Positions 50,501 to 61,212 of a stretch of 64,000 nt of DNA are shown piece by piece (positions within the stretch are counted from its first letter, which is position 1; the number at the start of each line of letters is the position of its first letter). The stretch spans positions 672,001 to 736,000 of the forward strand of contig AE017150.2 in assembly GCA_000002445.1 (NCBI GenBank), written 5' to 3'. Origin of the DNA: Trypanosoma brucei. Lineage: Eukaryota. The notes beneath the pieces were generated by a model. That model saw nothing but the letters and a program-made list of their open reading frames with translations, was not told the DNA's origin and did not search any database. Position numbers and translations under genes: made by a program.

Positions 50501-52942
50501 TTACGGCCACGTGGAACGAAATGTCTGTTGAGATGACGCCATTTGACGCAGTTCCTCGCAAGGGAGTGGAAACAAGGCATCACCAAAGGTTTTGTTGTAA
50601 ATTCGCATGCGATGCACAACATTCGGAAGACCGAATTTGTCCGCGTAATAACACAGTCCACCCCTCCAAGCAGGGAAACCGTGTCCAAAAGTTGTCGCGA
50701 TATCAATGGCAGATGAACTACTAACCGCCTCCTCACGCAAAAGCATGGCTGCCTCATTCACAGCGGCAAAGAGAATGCGTTCAATCATCTCTTTCCGACT
50801 TATATCACGGCGCATTATCTTTTTCTCACGACACACATCGAGAATCAATAACTCAACATCACGATCCTGATAAGGCCGACGCATAAGCGAGGCTCCTCCT
50901 TTGGACCAAACCCCATACGTGTTCTTCGTGCTATTTGATGCTGAGCCAATCAACCGCTGTCGCCATGCAGCCAAAGACGAAAACAAATCCCCTTCCTCAT
51001 ATGTGTACCAACCCCGCCCTGTCTTTTGTCCAAAATGGCCCATCTCCACCAACCGGCGGTGAATGGTGAAAACATCAGTGGGTGGACAGGGAGAGCGAAC
51101 ACCGCTACATCCCTCTCGAACCCTAAGAGAGTTAAGTATCTGGGACACTACTTGAAGTCCTGCAAGATCCTCCATCGCAAATATGCCTAACCGGAAACCG
51201 AAATGCCTCATCGCGCGGTCGATATCAACAGGAAATGCACCTTGCTCTAACATGGAGAGCGCCTGATAAAGAATCGCAAAGAATATTCGAGAAATAATAC
51301 TGAAGCCAACGTCCCTGGTAAGGATCGTCGCTTTGTGAAATAATCTTCCAACATGAATGGCCCGCTGTAGTGTTGTGTGATCTGTTCGGTACCCCCGTGT
51401 AACTTCAAGGAACGGTACATTATGCACAGGGGGAGCAAAGTACATTCCAACAACCTTTTCTGGCCTTCGTGAAACCTTCACGAACTCCCTGAGTTCGAGC
51501 GAGGAACAACAAGTTGCCAACACACAATGGGGGGGACACAAATCAGTCAACATGGTGAACACCTGCCGTTTAGTGTCCAAATCACCAACAATACACTCCG
51601 CCATGACATCTACATCTTGAAGCACTGTCTGAAGGTCGCCATGATACGGCAAAACTTTCAAATTATTAAGGTACATATTTACACAATCCGCGCTAATATT
51701 GTAACCCAAGGCATCGTTCGGCAGTTCTGACTTTATGACATGAAGCGCATATTCGCACTCATTGTCGTCTTCACCCAAGAGTACCACCTGCGAACCAGCA
51801 CGCAGTGCCATAATGACGATGCCAATGCCAACAACACCGCACCCGACAACAGCCAACTTGCGGAGCCGCTGCTGCTGTAGTCCCGTTCCAGCTCTCACTG
51901 GCAGTGTTGGGAGTGTGTCACTAAGCACAGTGTAGGATGAGCGGAGTAAATGCTGCATTGCATGTGCCTCAGGTGAATGTAGTGTTTGCTTAAATATTCT
52001 CGTCTCCTCTGCAAGACCTTCCTTAAAGGATGCAGAGTTGGTGGCCGCCCGGATTGCCTGCAGGCACTGTAGCGGGGCGCTAACCTCTTTGGGGGCCTTC
52101 TTCGTTATCTCACTTCCCACGCGCCGGAATAAAATAGAATTGTAGAGCATAATGCCCAGCTTCGTCGCATCACAAGAAATGCGTCGCGGTTTGGTCCACC
52201 GCGCGGACAACCGCAGGGCTGCCTCGATGGCACTTTCCAAATTTCCATTCGGATCGGTACAACAGAACGGCCCCTGTGCACTTACTCCATTCACATCTTG
52301 ATCTCGCCTCTCTTCATGGGGTGATGACGTGAGATGATCAATAAGACCTAGACGCAATGCCTCCTTTGCACTCACCTTCCTTCCAGTGCTGATAATGTCG
52401 AGAGCTGCACGCACACCAATCAGCCGCGGCAGTCGCTGCGTCGCTCCACCACACGGCACAATACCCAACTTAACCTCCGGCATACAAAACACGGAAGTGG
52501 GGGAAGCAACCCTATAGTGGGCTGCGAGTGCCAACTCCAAGCCGCCTGAATATGTGATCCCGCTTGTTGCCGCAATAACTACCTTGTCACTTTGTTCTAT
52601 TCTGGTAGTAAGTGACGGCAAGCTGGGGATCCTTACCCCGTTTTCTTTGGTGGTGTCAACCAAGGAGGCAGCAAAATCATTAATATCGATACCACAAGAA
52701 AATGCTCCACCCTCACCGGCGATTATAATACACTTCACAGAGCTATCATTATCGGCCTCGTTGAAAAAGTGTAGAAGCGCGGCCCGCATGTCTACCGTTA
52801 GCGCGTTCAGCAGCTCATGGTGCAATATGAGAACCACCGCATCACCACGGCGCTGCAGATGGCAAAAGCGACGGAAACCAACGTGGCTTGATATGGTTTC
52901 CAAGCGACGCATCTCGTAGCTGTGTATCTTTGCTCTTAACAA
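50501..52942 (-). CDS. Bifunctional fatty-acid beta-oxidation enzyme: enoyl-CoA hydratase/isomerase (crotonase) domain fused to a 3-hydroxyacyl-CoA dehydrogenase domain.
   Basis: 813-aa ORF. Crotonase signature AVVLILHHELLNALTVDMRAALLHFFNEADNDSSVKCIIIAGEGGAFSCGIDINDF and ATSGITYSGGLELALAAHYRVAS. Then a Rossmann NAD motif KLAVVGCGVVGIGIVIMALRAGSQVVLL and the 3HCDH C-terminal domain. The N-terminal RLETISSHV resembles a PTS2 nonapeptide. Confidence 0.9.
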   Translation of the reverse strand: MLRAKIHSYEMRRLETISSHVGFRRFCHLQRRGDAVVLILHHELLNALTVDMRAALLHFFNEADNDSSVKCIIIAGEGGAFSCGIDINDFAASLVDTTKENGVRIPSLPSLTTRIEQSDKVVIAATSGITYSGGLELALAAHYRVASPTSVFCMPEVKLGIVPCGGATQRLPRLIGVRAALDIISTGRKVSAKEALRLGLIDHLTSSPHEERRDQDVNGVSAQGPFCCTDPNGNLESAIEAALRLSARWTKPRRISCDATKLGIMLYNSILFRRVGSEITKKAPKEVSAPLQCLQAIRAATNSASFKEGLAEETRIFKQTLHSPEAHAMQHLLRSSYTVLSDTLPTLPVRAGTGLQQQRLRKLAVVGCGVVGIGIVIMALRAGSQVVLLGEDDNECEYALHVIKSELPNDALGYNISADCVNMYLNNLKVLPYHGDLQTVLQDVDVMAECIVGDLDTKRQVFTMLTDLCPPHCVLATCCSSLELREFVKVSRRPEKVVGMYFAPPVHNVPFLEVTRGYRTDHTTLQRAIHVGRLFHKATILTRDVGFSIISRIFFAILYQALSMLEQGAFPVDIDRAMRHFGFRLGIFAMEDLAGLQVVSQILNSLRVREGCSGVRSPCPPTDVFTIHRRLVEMGHFGQKTGRGWYTYEEGDLFSSLAAWRQRLIGSASNSTKNTYGVWSKGGASLMRRPYQDRDVELLILDVCREKKIMRRDISRKEMIERILFAAVNEAAMLLREEAVSSSSAIDIATTFGHGFPAWRGGLCYYADKFGLPNVVHRMRIYNKTFGDALFPLPCEELRQMASSQQTFRSTWP

Positions 52943-54264
52943 ATAAATGGCAGGAACAGCCAGAAGCGGTGGTCAAAAAATGAGCCGCTACACCCCTCGT
53001 GACACACACACACACAAAAAAAAAAAAGACAGGTGAACATGAAAACCAAATAAAGAACATGTAATCAACCGAAAACAGTACACTACAGAGTCTGACGTAT
53101 CAACGAACTCGGCTTACATTACCAAAAGGAAGAAAAGTACAATGATGTTATGGAATCATTGTGTGGAAGGGTGGCCGCACACACGCGCGAACAAAAAGTT
53201 AAATTTCTACCGCCAATCAACCTCCGATCCCACAGATTTCCGCCCTTCACGTTGCGTCCTTTAAATCCATTGTTTCTCACTAACAACGCGTCATCGTACC
53301 TGCGAGCGATAAAAAAATAAATGTGTAAAATGTCGCCGCCAACTCAAGTCATGATGATGCGTCCACATCATTGATTACTTCTCCACACAATTTTATAATA
53401 TATCTTCCATTCATTAAAGGAATTTAAACTGTCACCGTTTCGATCTCAACACAGAAGTTCCTCGCCCTTCTACCTCCATTACTACCCCCCATCACAAAGC
53501 CACTGCATTTTTCATCATCTCACTATAATACCCTCTTGTCACGCATTTTCACCACTACTGCACCGTCCGAATTCCCTTCGTATTAAACTCACCGGTACCA
53601 GACAGATGGTGGAGAAAATGATAATAACAACAAAAGTTAGGTAACAAAACGACCGAAGAGATGACACTATTTGGGTAAGTCGGTCGGTGAAGGGAGACGG
53701 AACTTCCAACAGCGCGTGACGGAGAGAAATAGGTTGAACTGGAAGATTTAGGACAGCCTTTTCTTGCATCCAACTCTATTTCTGTAAATATGTATATGTT
53801 ATCGCAGGTGCGTGCACCTCAGTGGTAACAGGTTCAGAAAAATGACTGGGTGATATCAATGAACATCAGTACACCAACGTACAACACCAGTAACAACAAT
53901 TAAACAAACAAAGGGAGGTTAGTAGCGAAACTTCACCCATACCGTTTCCAAGGGACATCAACACACTTAGATGGACTTGCAAAGAATTGAAATGATGAAC
54001 ACTATGTCTCCTGCACAGCTCCTTCCACCTGAAACCCCAGTAATATATTGAGGAGTCGAAAGTGGCGGGGGTGGTTGGAGAATGGTGCTTCTCACCTATT
54101 CCCTCCCGCTTTCTTTCCTTTTTAGCCTCCACGGTTATTATCACTTTGTACTTCCCGTGTTGCATCGTACCGGTGGCACAAACAAGGGAGGAAGGAGAAA
54201 ATAGCTCCAGGAGCACCAATCCCGTATCTGAAGATCAAACGCAACTTATCCCCTTCAGTCATCG

Positions 54265-56454
54265 TTAAAAGCGTTTCATTTGTCCATGACCTTGACAAAC
54301 ACGCCAGTCCCAAGGACAGTCGTTCATCAACCCTGGATACAACAGCCCAACTTTTTCCATCTTAACTAAGTCAAATCTCCTCCTCACCTTCTTACCAGGC
54401 ACATCGTCCTTCAATTCGTTACCTCCATGAGGGGAAATACCTGCCGTTGGGGAGTTGACTCCATTTTCGCTTGCATTAGTCTCAGGAGGCAACAAATACG
54501 TATCCAACAGTACCTTCAGTGCTCGACAACCGCTCACCTGAGACATCATTTCTTCCGCGGCATCTAGTTCCAGTAGCTCCGACAAGGCAGCAATTTGTGC
54601 GAATAACACTTGTGCAAACGGGTTGATAGAGGTGGGCGATGCTAAGCATGAAGGTGATGTCGCTGACGGCAGCACAACGCGTTGCCTCTCAAGCTGAAGC
54701 AATAAGCATTTGTGAAGTTGCTTGCGTATATCCTCAACATTATGTATGTGTTCCCGCATAAAGCGAAACAGTGGATAAACATGCAAGGCCGCCCGTGTGC
54801 GTTGTGCTTTGGGGACCAGCAGGTGACCAACCGTCGGTGGCGCCATGCGGACACGCGTTGATCCTGCAGGCCTGGTCGAGCAGCCTGCGTTCGGTTGAAC
54901 TGGTTGATATCCCTTTGTAACAAGCACAATGAACTTACGATACATATCTGTTGCCTCTTCTGTCCCGCCAAGGAGCGCCAGGCTGGGAGCTAAATATATC
55001 AGGCATCTCGGGCTCTCCACCATCAGAACAGAATTAAGGTGAAAAGTCAACAGCTCACGCCACCAGTCGGCACTCCCACACACACCTACTGACCGTTGGC
55101 GTATGAGGTCTTCCGCTAGTCGATGAAAGACAAGATCCGTGCAACTCCGAAGAATATCAAGATAAACCGTTTCCGAAGGACGTATTTCCGACTGTGAAAA
55201 GGAGGGAAGCGTGGAAGAGCCATTTGGGTCCGCACCCCACCCTTGTGTCGGATTTTTATGCTGACCCGCAACCGCTCGCGCTTCGTCGTCATGAGCTTGC
55301 AAAGAAAGCTCGAGGTCCAAGAGCCACTGCAGCACAAACTGAATGAGTTCATTGCGGTACAATAGCATCCTGTTATTCTGCACAAACGTATCGGTAAGAC
55401 GGGCGACACCGGAGGTACGACCACTAATCGATCCACCAAGCGCATCATCTGTACCGGAACGCATGCTTTGGCTGGCATCGCTAAGATCTGCATCGCTACT
55501 CGACAAAAACGGAGCCTTCAGTCCAGTAGAATGTCGTTGCTGTTGAGGATGGCACGCGCTCGGAGAGGCAAAACTCCCAGCATCTGCACTACTCCCATCA
55601 GAGCGACACAGAGATGCATCCCGAGAGGAAGTTTGCTGTGTGTCATACCCGCATCCACCAAGTTTACTTTCTTCCTTGCATCGAGCACTACCATTCGCAC
55701 TATGCCCAAGCATGCTGATCTCTCCACCGCTAAACGGAGAGGCTAGGGGTATATGTGCCTCAAGTGCGAGGTGAAGGAAGAGGGCGATAGAAATCGTGTG
55801 ATGCCTCTTCTCTCCCCACCTCCACCGAGGCACAAGAAAGCGCACACACGTATTCAATACATCCAAAACCACAGTGCCATCATAATTGACCGCCACAGCG
55901 TTTATGAGACGCATGATGGTATCTGCTGGAACCATGCGCTGCGCACCATCCGCCACAGGCGAGCGAATACGGAAAGGTTTCATTGCAACCTCTAACACAC
56001 CACGAACAGCTTGCACGGATTGTTCCATCAGCAGCAAACAAACGCGTTCGAAGCCCACTTTAATTCGATCGTGCCAACGCGTGATCTTCCGCATGTCATG
56101 GCGGTACCCGTCTCGGCTGTACACCTCCAATCCCATAGTTTCCCGTGACTCGAACACCCTCCACCACGGTAGCGTATGAAGCACGCCAAGAACCAAAAGA
56201 CGGAGTTCAGTGAGTGCCCCCTTTGAAAAGTTTTTGTTTTCGATGCATTCCTTCACCCAAACGTAAGCGTCGTCCAGCCACTCACATATTTCGCGGTCCT
56301 TTTGCTCAGCTAGCGATGTACGTCGTAAGATATCGAAAAGGACCTGTTGTTGCGCAGCGAACTCACTCCTGTCTTCACTACGCAACGAAGGAAATGACTC
56401 CCCCTTCTGCGCGGAAAGTGTAGGAGAGTTTGAAAATGAGCGCTCTCGCTTCAT
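54265..56454 (-). CDS. Conserved hypothetical protein (729 aa), predicted largely alpha-helical with a central Ser-rich disordered segment.
   Basis: Long uninterrupted co-oriented ORF with ordinary amino-acid composition. No catalytic or binding motif recognised. It has a central low-complexity S/D/A stretch. Confidence 0.7.
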   Translation of the reverse strand: MKRERSFSNSPTLSAQKGESFPSLRSEDRSEFAAQQQVLFDILRRTSLAEQKDREICEWLDDAYVWVKECIENKNFSKGALTELRLLVLGVLHTLPWWRVFESRETMGLEVYSRDGYRHDMRKITRWHDRIKVGFERVCLLLMEQSVQAVRGVLEVAMKPFRIRSPVADGAQRMVPADTIMRLINAVAVNYDGTVVLDVLNTCVRFLVPRWRWGEKRHHTISIALFLHLALEAHIPLASPFSGGEISMLGHSANGSARCKEESKLGGCGYDTQQTSSRDASLCRSDGSSADAGSFASPSACHPQQQRHSTGLKAPFLSSSDADLSDASQSMRSGTDDALGGSISGRTSGVARLTDTFVQNNRMLLYRNELIQFVLQWLLDLELSLQAHDDEARAVAGQHKNPTQGWGADPNGSSTLPSFSQSEIRPSETVYLDILRSCTDLVFHRLAEDLIRQRSVGVCGSADWWRELLTFHLNSVLMVESPRCLIYLAPSLALLGGTEEATDMYRKFIVLVTKGYQPVQPNAGCSTRPAGSTRVRMAPPTVGHLLVPKAQRTRAALHVYPLFRFMREHIHNVEDIRKQLHKCLLLQLERQRVVLPSATSPSCLASPTSINPFAQVLFAQIAALSELLELDAAEEMMSQVSGCRALKVLLDTYLLPPETNASENGVNSPTAGISPHGGNELKDDVPGKKVRRRFDLVKMEKVGLLYPGLMNDCPWDWRVCQGHGQMKRF

Positions 56455-57161
56455 TAACTCACTCCCACACCGTACGTGCCTACCTTTCGACTAATAGTTG
56501 AGCCGCAATGGGCACGCAAACACAAAATTAATGGACCGAAAACAATAATAACAATAATGTATGTACGAACGCCCGTTTGTTTGTGTGTTTCTGCTTTAGC
56601 TCCCCGTTGTGGTGCCTTCGGAATTACAAATAGCGAAACGAGAACAGAAAACCTCACGGGAAAGATTAAATGCATAACAGGGATAAAAGACATGGCCACA
56701 TGAACCGCACACAATTTTAAAAAGATATTAAGAGGTGAAATAAACAACAATGATAGAAACAATTTTGAAATGAATAAAAAACTCACACGTTTTAGAGGGA
56801 TGGTAGCTTGTCCAAGAGCGGCATTCCCATCCCATCTGAACTGCAAGTGAAGTTAAATAGAACCAAATATCAGCAACAAACACAGCGGCACAACTCAAAA
56901 GAAAAAATAGACAAACAAAAAATCTACTGCCACAGCCCTGGTCCACAAAGAAATAGCAACAATAATAGTAGAAGACAAAAATCACAACAAACGTCAAACC
57001 TCTTCCTCCTCCCTTCACCACCGCCTTGGGTAGTACAGCAACAATAAATGAAGAGTAAAAAAAAAAAAGTTGTGTTACGAAATTTTCCTTGACGTAAAAA
57101 CACAACAGAATGTCAACAGTTGAAACAAAGCGAAGGATATTCACAAAAGGTAAAACAGCTG

Positions 57162-58121
57162 TTATGATATATGTGACAAATGTTCTTCTGTGGCGGGGGT
57201 GGCGGTGGGTCGTTTTGTTTTTCCGTTGACCAAACGAAGATGAGTTTCCAGCGCACTCAAGAACCAATAATGAATTTCATTCACGTCATCAATTCGGCGG
57301 ACGGTTCCTCGGACACACGTCACACCGCCACAGGAATCGACGGGCAACGCCGTTCTTTTTCGGGGTTCAACATTATTTGATGTGGAGGAGATGAAGTCCT
57401 GCATACCCTTCACCACACGACACGCATCCTTTGAAATATCCGCGAAGGTGAGGCGACCCACCACAAACACATAATCATTTTCCTGTACCTCGCAATTGCA
57501 ATCGCATAATTCAGGCCTGTCTTGGAGATCGGAATCACCATAAAGCATTGCTTCTGCCGCTAAAGTTTCTGTTGTGCGGTCATCTTTTCGCAGAGAACGC
57601 GCTCCCTCCCCATGTGGAGCACATGCGCCATGTGCTGCGTTTGTAACATCACATTCATTATTATGTTCTTTTAACTGCGAGTCGTATTGTATCACAGCAA
57701 TCATACCCGTATTATCTGAGACCAACATCGCAGTATAATCTCTAGCTGCATGACTCTCAGCCGTTGTGACTCTCTCACATCTCACAACGCGGCCGCTGAA
57801 ACATATCGCTTCGCACGGGCAACCGTCGATCATGACAGTCGACACACCAACACGTGGCGCGCGGAGCAGTTGTGATAAAAAAACCGGGCGTTGTGGCCGG
57901 TACTTGTGTGGTGCAGACATGTTTCCCGCTGAAATGCCGGTGTTATGGTGGTCGGCGCCATTACCGCTTTTCAACAAAGCTTCCCAATTTCCATGAGAAG
58001 TGGCCATAAAGCAGGGGTCAGTTTTTATATGTGTGGACTGAGCGAAGCGAGTGGCATCACATTGACCAGTGGTGACCTTCTCATTAGGCATATTGAGAAA
58101 ATGAAAGGCCACAGACTTCAT
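57162..58121 (-). CDS. Cys-rich hypothetical protein, possibly OB-fold-containing.
   Basis: The ORF runs to 58310, but its first 63 codons look like UTR-derived hydrophobic/pyrimidine-coded sequence. The likely start is the ATG at 58119..58121 (MKSVAFHFLNMPNEKV...). Several CxC/CxxC clusters (DGCPCEAICFSGRVVRCERV; CDCNCEVQENDYVFVVGRLTFADI). The beta-strand-like alternation is compatible with an OB fold. This is inference only. Confidence 0.55.
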   Translation of the reverse strand: MKSVAFHFLNMPNEKVTTGQCDATRFAQSTHIKTDPCFMATSHGNWEALLKSGNGADHHNTGISAGNMSAPHKYRPQRPVFLSQLLRAPRVGVSTVMIDGCPCEAICFSGRVVRCERVTTAESHAARDYTAMLVSDNTGMIAVIQYDSQLKEHNNECDVTNAAHGACAPHGEGARSLRKDDRTTETLAAEAMLYGDSDLQDRPELCDCNCEVQENDYVFVVGRLTFADISKDACRVVKGMQDFISSTSNNVEPRKRTALPVDSCGGVTCVRGTVRRIDDVNEIHYWFLSALETHLRLVNGKTKRPTATPATEEHLSHIS

Positions 58122-58704
58122 GATTATGTGTCTTTGTACTTGTACTTGACATATCGGCATACAAACCGCGTTAATTGATACGGTGTATATCAAAAAAAAA
58201 AGAGAGAGAAGAAAGTCGATGGACACGTGATTTAGTACTTGTGGCATTAGCATATCTAACACCACCATATACTTGGTGAAAAAGTTAACAGGTGCGAGGA
58301 GAACAAACAATGCATACGAAGGTTTCTCTCTTCAGGCACATAAGCACACTGATAAAGACTAACAGTGCATCAGTTGTATTGATAGCGCCGGTGGCAGAGT
58401 ACGTCTGACAAGTGGTGAGACGGAAGGAAGAAGGGGGGAAAGCTGCGTATCATCAAAATATATGAAATAAAGTGAACGGGCGCGGTCCACAATTTGGCAC
58501 GCAGTTCCGGGTATAATGAGTTAGCTCAAATGAGCAAGCACCCTTTGTTAGGAAGGTGACACATCAATAAAGGGGGGGGGAACAAGCGAAAGTGCAAATC
58601 GCCCTCTTACGTCCTCTTCAGATTATCTATCATTTCTATAGACCAAAAACAACAGCAACAAAAAAAAAATAATAATAATAATATATCATTTATACCATCC
58701 TCCG

Positions 58705-61212
58705 CTACGATGCAGAGGGACTTGTACGGGTGTGGAGGGGTTTTAAATGCAACGACACGGGGAACTGTGTTATCGGTACATCTCTCACGACAGAAGTCCT
58801 TCCCTGTATCCCTTCCTTTTTTCCACCATCGCTGGTACGAGCCGAATCACCATAATTCATCCTTCGCACCTTTTCAGTTTCCTCCTCATCGCCCTCCCGA
58901 CCGTCGCGTTCCTCTTCACTGGTGATTGTATCTGAAGAACGTGCCGACTGACCTAATTGACATTCAATAGGCCGACTATAAAACCAATTCTGCGCTTGTC
59001 TCATTAATATCACCATTTCATCGGCAAAAAACAATGACTTCTGCACGGTTATCTCTACACAATTTTGAACCATAGAGCGGTGCAGTTGGTGCATAGAAGA
59101 GAGATGGTTGGCCAAAATTGAGTTCATTCTGTGTGAAAGAATTACCTCGGACATATGATCCGTCGCCTTTTCGAGAACAGCTATTTGTGCGTTGCTCTCG
59201 CGCAGGGCCCTTTCCGCCTCACCGCGGCGCTGTATTTCTTTGCGCAGCCGCTTCATCAACTCCTCCCGCGAGAGAGCGGCAAACTCAATCATGCCATTGT
59301 CAACCGTATGTAGGCAAAAAGGTAAGTCATTGCTCATTGTCAGAATGCTTTCTTGTTCCTTCCTCGTTTGAGCCATCTGCAGTTGGCCGTCACCTGAATC
59401 TCTTAAAACACTCGGGCTTGTGGCAGTCACCGCCCGCTCCCTGAAGGTACCAGACACTTCGTGAGGGTATATTGTCAACCGCGGGACTTTGTCCAGTTTT
59501 CCCTCGAAGTACTGCATGAGAATATTATCCGCGTCTTTTCCACCACATAAAAATACACTAGGTTGTACCCCTTCTTTATTTTCCATGTTTTTAGGATATA
59601 CATTCGTGGCAGTCGCAGCCGTGACTGCCTTGCCTTCACCACTATCTCCGTCCGAATGGCAGCGCGTACCGTCCGCTGTTGCGGAACTCGCCGACACCAA
59701 GACGTCATGATTATGGATTCTCTTTAATCGATATGTCACCGCACGCTCGATCATTTTATCCAACGCCCTACTGCCGCGTTCTCGAGCCTCCGCAACGAGT
59801 TCCTGACGCCGCTTTTCATGTTCCTGCACAAGTTGCCCATCCTGCGGTGTGGCAACAATTAACGTGTCCTTCCTACATTGTCTGGAGTCCAACAAGGGGG
59901 ATAAACGCTCATTGGGATGAAGTGACGTACTACGTGATGTCACAGCACCCAATTCTGGAATAGTCCACTGGTGCTCGCTGATGACAGCGTGCCCGTATGT
60001 GCTGTGCTCATGGTCATCAACACCATTACCGCCATTTGGTGGAGGACCTTCCACAGCATTCTTATGGGACAAACCAGTGTAACCGAGCATATGCAATTGC
60101 TTTCTCAGCCACTCTAGTTCTCTTTCATAAAGGTGACGTTCCTCCAAATCCGAGGGTGTTTTAATAGAACCTCGAACGTTTCCATCACATGAGGCGTGGC
60201 CCTCCACCCTTACGTACGATTCAACCATTCCAATCATTCGTTGAAGAATACTGACACGGGTTTCCAGCGGACATTCTGCAAAAGTTTCCGCCCCTTCATT
60301 ATCCAACTTGGCTTCTGACGCGAGAAAATGTATGAGAGACTTATATGACCTCAAAAAGCAAATAAACAACGGTGTCCGGGCTGCTGCCATTCGGTTCCCC
60401 TCATTGGCTATGCGCAACACCTCTTCGTATGGCGCATTGAGTAGAGAATCACATACGTCGCCACACCTCCTACATAAGGTAAGGAGCGAGATGGTGGTGG
60501 AGTGTGTTGTACTTCTATCGTTTGCTTGCAATAGATGCGGTCGTGCACGTGCTACGATGGGGCGCCTAAAGATATTTGGTGCATTTAACCATCCAAGCGC
60601 ATTACTGCACGGCGCCCCGCACAGCCAACATGAGTATGATGACGACGATGATGATGATATATTGGTAGGGAATGACCCGTTCACCTCGTCCCCACCGTTA
60701 CCTGCGTGAGGACTCCACTCCATTGTCGTAAGATGTTTGATTTCTTCATTTAGTCCATCGATACTTGCACTCGCATTATCCAACTCAATACTCTCCGCCA
60801 TAGTTCTGTGACTGCGAAGGATGTGCGTGAGACGCTCCTCAATGGCGGAACTGCCATTGTGTCGATCCCCCTTTCCACTGAACGAATTACCTCCATACGC
60901 GGAAGCTTCATCACACCTGCCGACGTGGTCACTTTTATCACTAATCACAACGTTTCGTTTGGAAGTTCCGTGCGTGCAGGTAATTGTGCGCGGGGATCCG
61001 CTCCTCGGTAGGAGATGACGCAGCGGCGTGCCCACGGGTTGCTGCATGATGGAACTCACACCATCAAATGAATTCTCGCTGATGAAACCTTGAGTTGTTG
61101 TCTCCTTGCCTTGGTGAGGTGGAACTGCAGCCTTCCACGCGATGAATGGGCTGAAGGCTTGAGTTAATTCCTGATACATTTGCTCCACGTCATTATTCGG
61201 TGTGGAGCTCAT
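58705..61212 (-). CDS. Conserved hypothetical protein (835 aa) with coiled-coil segments and a C-terminal acidic tail.
   Basis: Long co-oriented ORF. Predicted coiled-coil stretch ELMKRLRKEIQRRGEAERALRESNAQIAVLEKA. Cys cluster CWLCGAPCSNALGWL...CRRCGDVCDS. Acidic tail EEERDGREGDEEETEK. No defined domain recognised. Confidence 0.7.
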   Translation of the reverse strand: MSSTPNNDVEQMYQELTQAFSPFIAWKAAVPPHQGKETTTQGFISENSFDGVSSIMQQPVGTPLRHLLPRSGSPRTITCTHGTSKRNVVISDKSDHVGRCDEASAYGGNSFSGKGDRHNGSSAIEERLTHILRSHRTMAESIELDNASASIDGLNEEIKHLTTMEWSPHAGNGGDEVNGSFPTNISSSSSSSYSCWLCGAPCSNALGWLNAPNIFRRPIVARARPHLLQANDRSTTHSTTISLLTLCRRCGDVCDSLLNAPYEEVLRIANEGNRMAAARTPLFICFLRSYKSLIHFLASEAKLDNEGAETFAECPLETRVSILQRMIGMVESYVRVEGHASCDGNVRGSIKTPSDLEERHLYERELEWLRKQLHMLGYTGLSHKNAVEGPPPNGGNGVDDHEHSTYGHAVISEHQWTIPELGAVTSRSTSLHPNERLSPLLDSRQCRKDTLIVATPQDGQLVQEHEKRRQELVAEARERGSRALDKMIERAVTYRLKRIHNHDVLVSASSATADGTRCHSDGDSGEGKAVTAATATNVYPKNMENKEGVQPSVFLCGGKDADNILMQYFEGKLDKVPRLTIYPHEVSGTFRERAVTATSPSVLRDSGDGQLQMAQTRKEQESILTMSNDLPFCLHTVDNGMIEFAALSREELMKRLRKEIQRRGEAERALRESNAQIAVLEKATDHMSEVILSHRMNSILANHLSSMHQLHRSMVQNCVEITVQKSLFFADEMVILMRQAQNWFYSRPIECQLGQSARSSDTITSEEERDGREGDEEETEKVRRMNYGDSARTSDGGKKEGIQGRTSVVRDVPITQFPVSLHLKPLHTRTSPSAS

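Noticed and set aside
56728-57267. 179-aa and 130-aa minus-strand ORFs in the spacer between the 729-aa hypothetical and the Cys-rich gene.
   Set aside because: Extremely hydrophobic, Phe/Val/Cys-rich translation of T-rich spacer. The same applies to 38229..38690, 10741..11122, 4825..5190 and 18407..18712.
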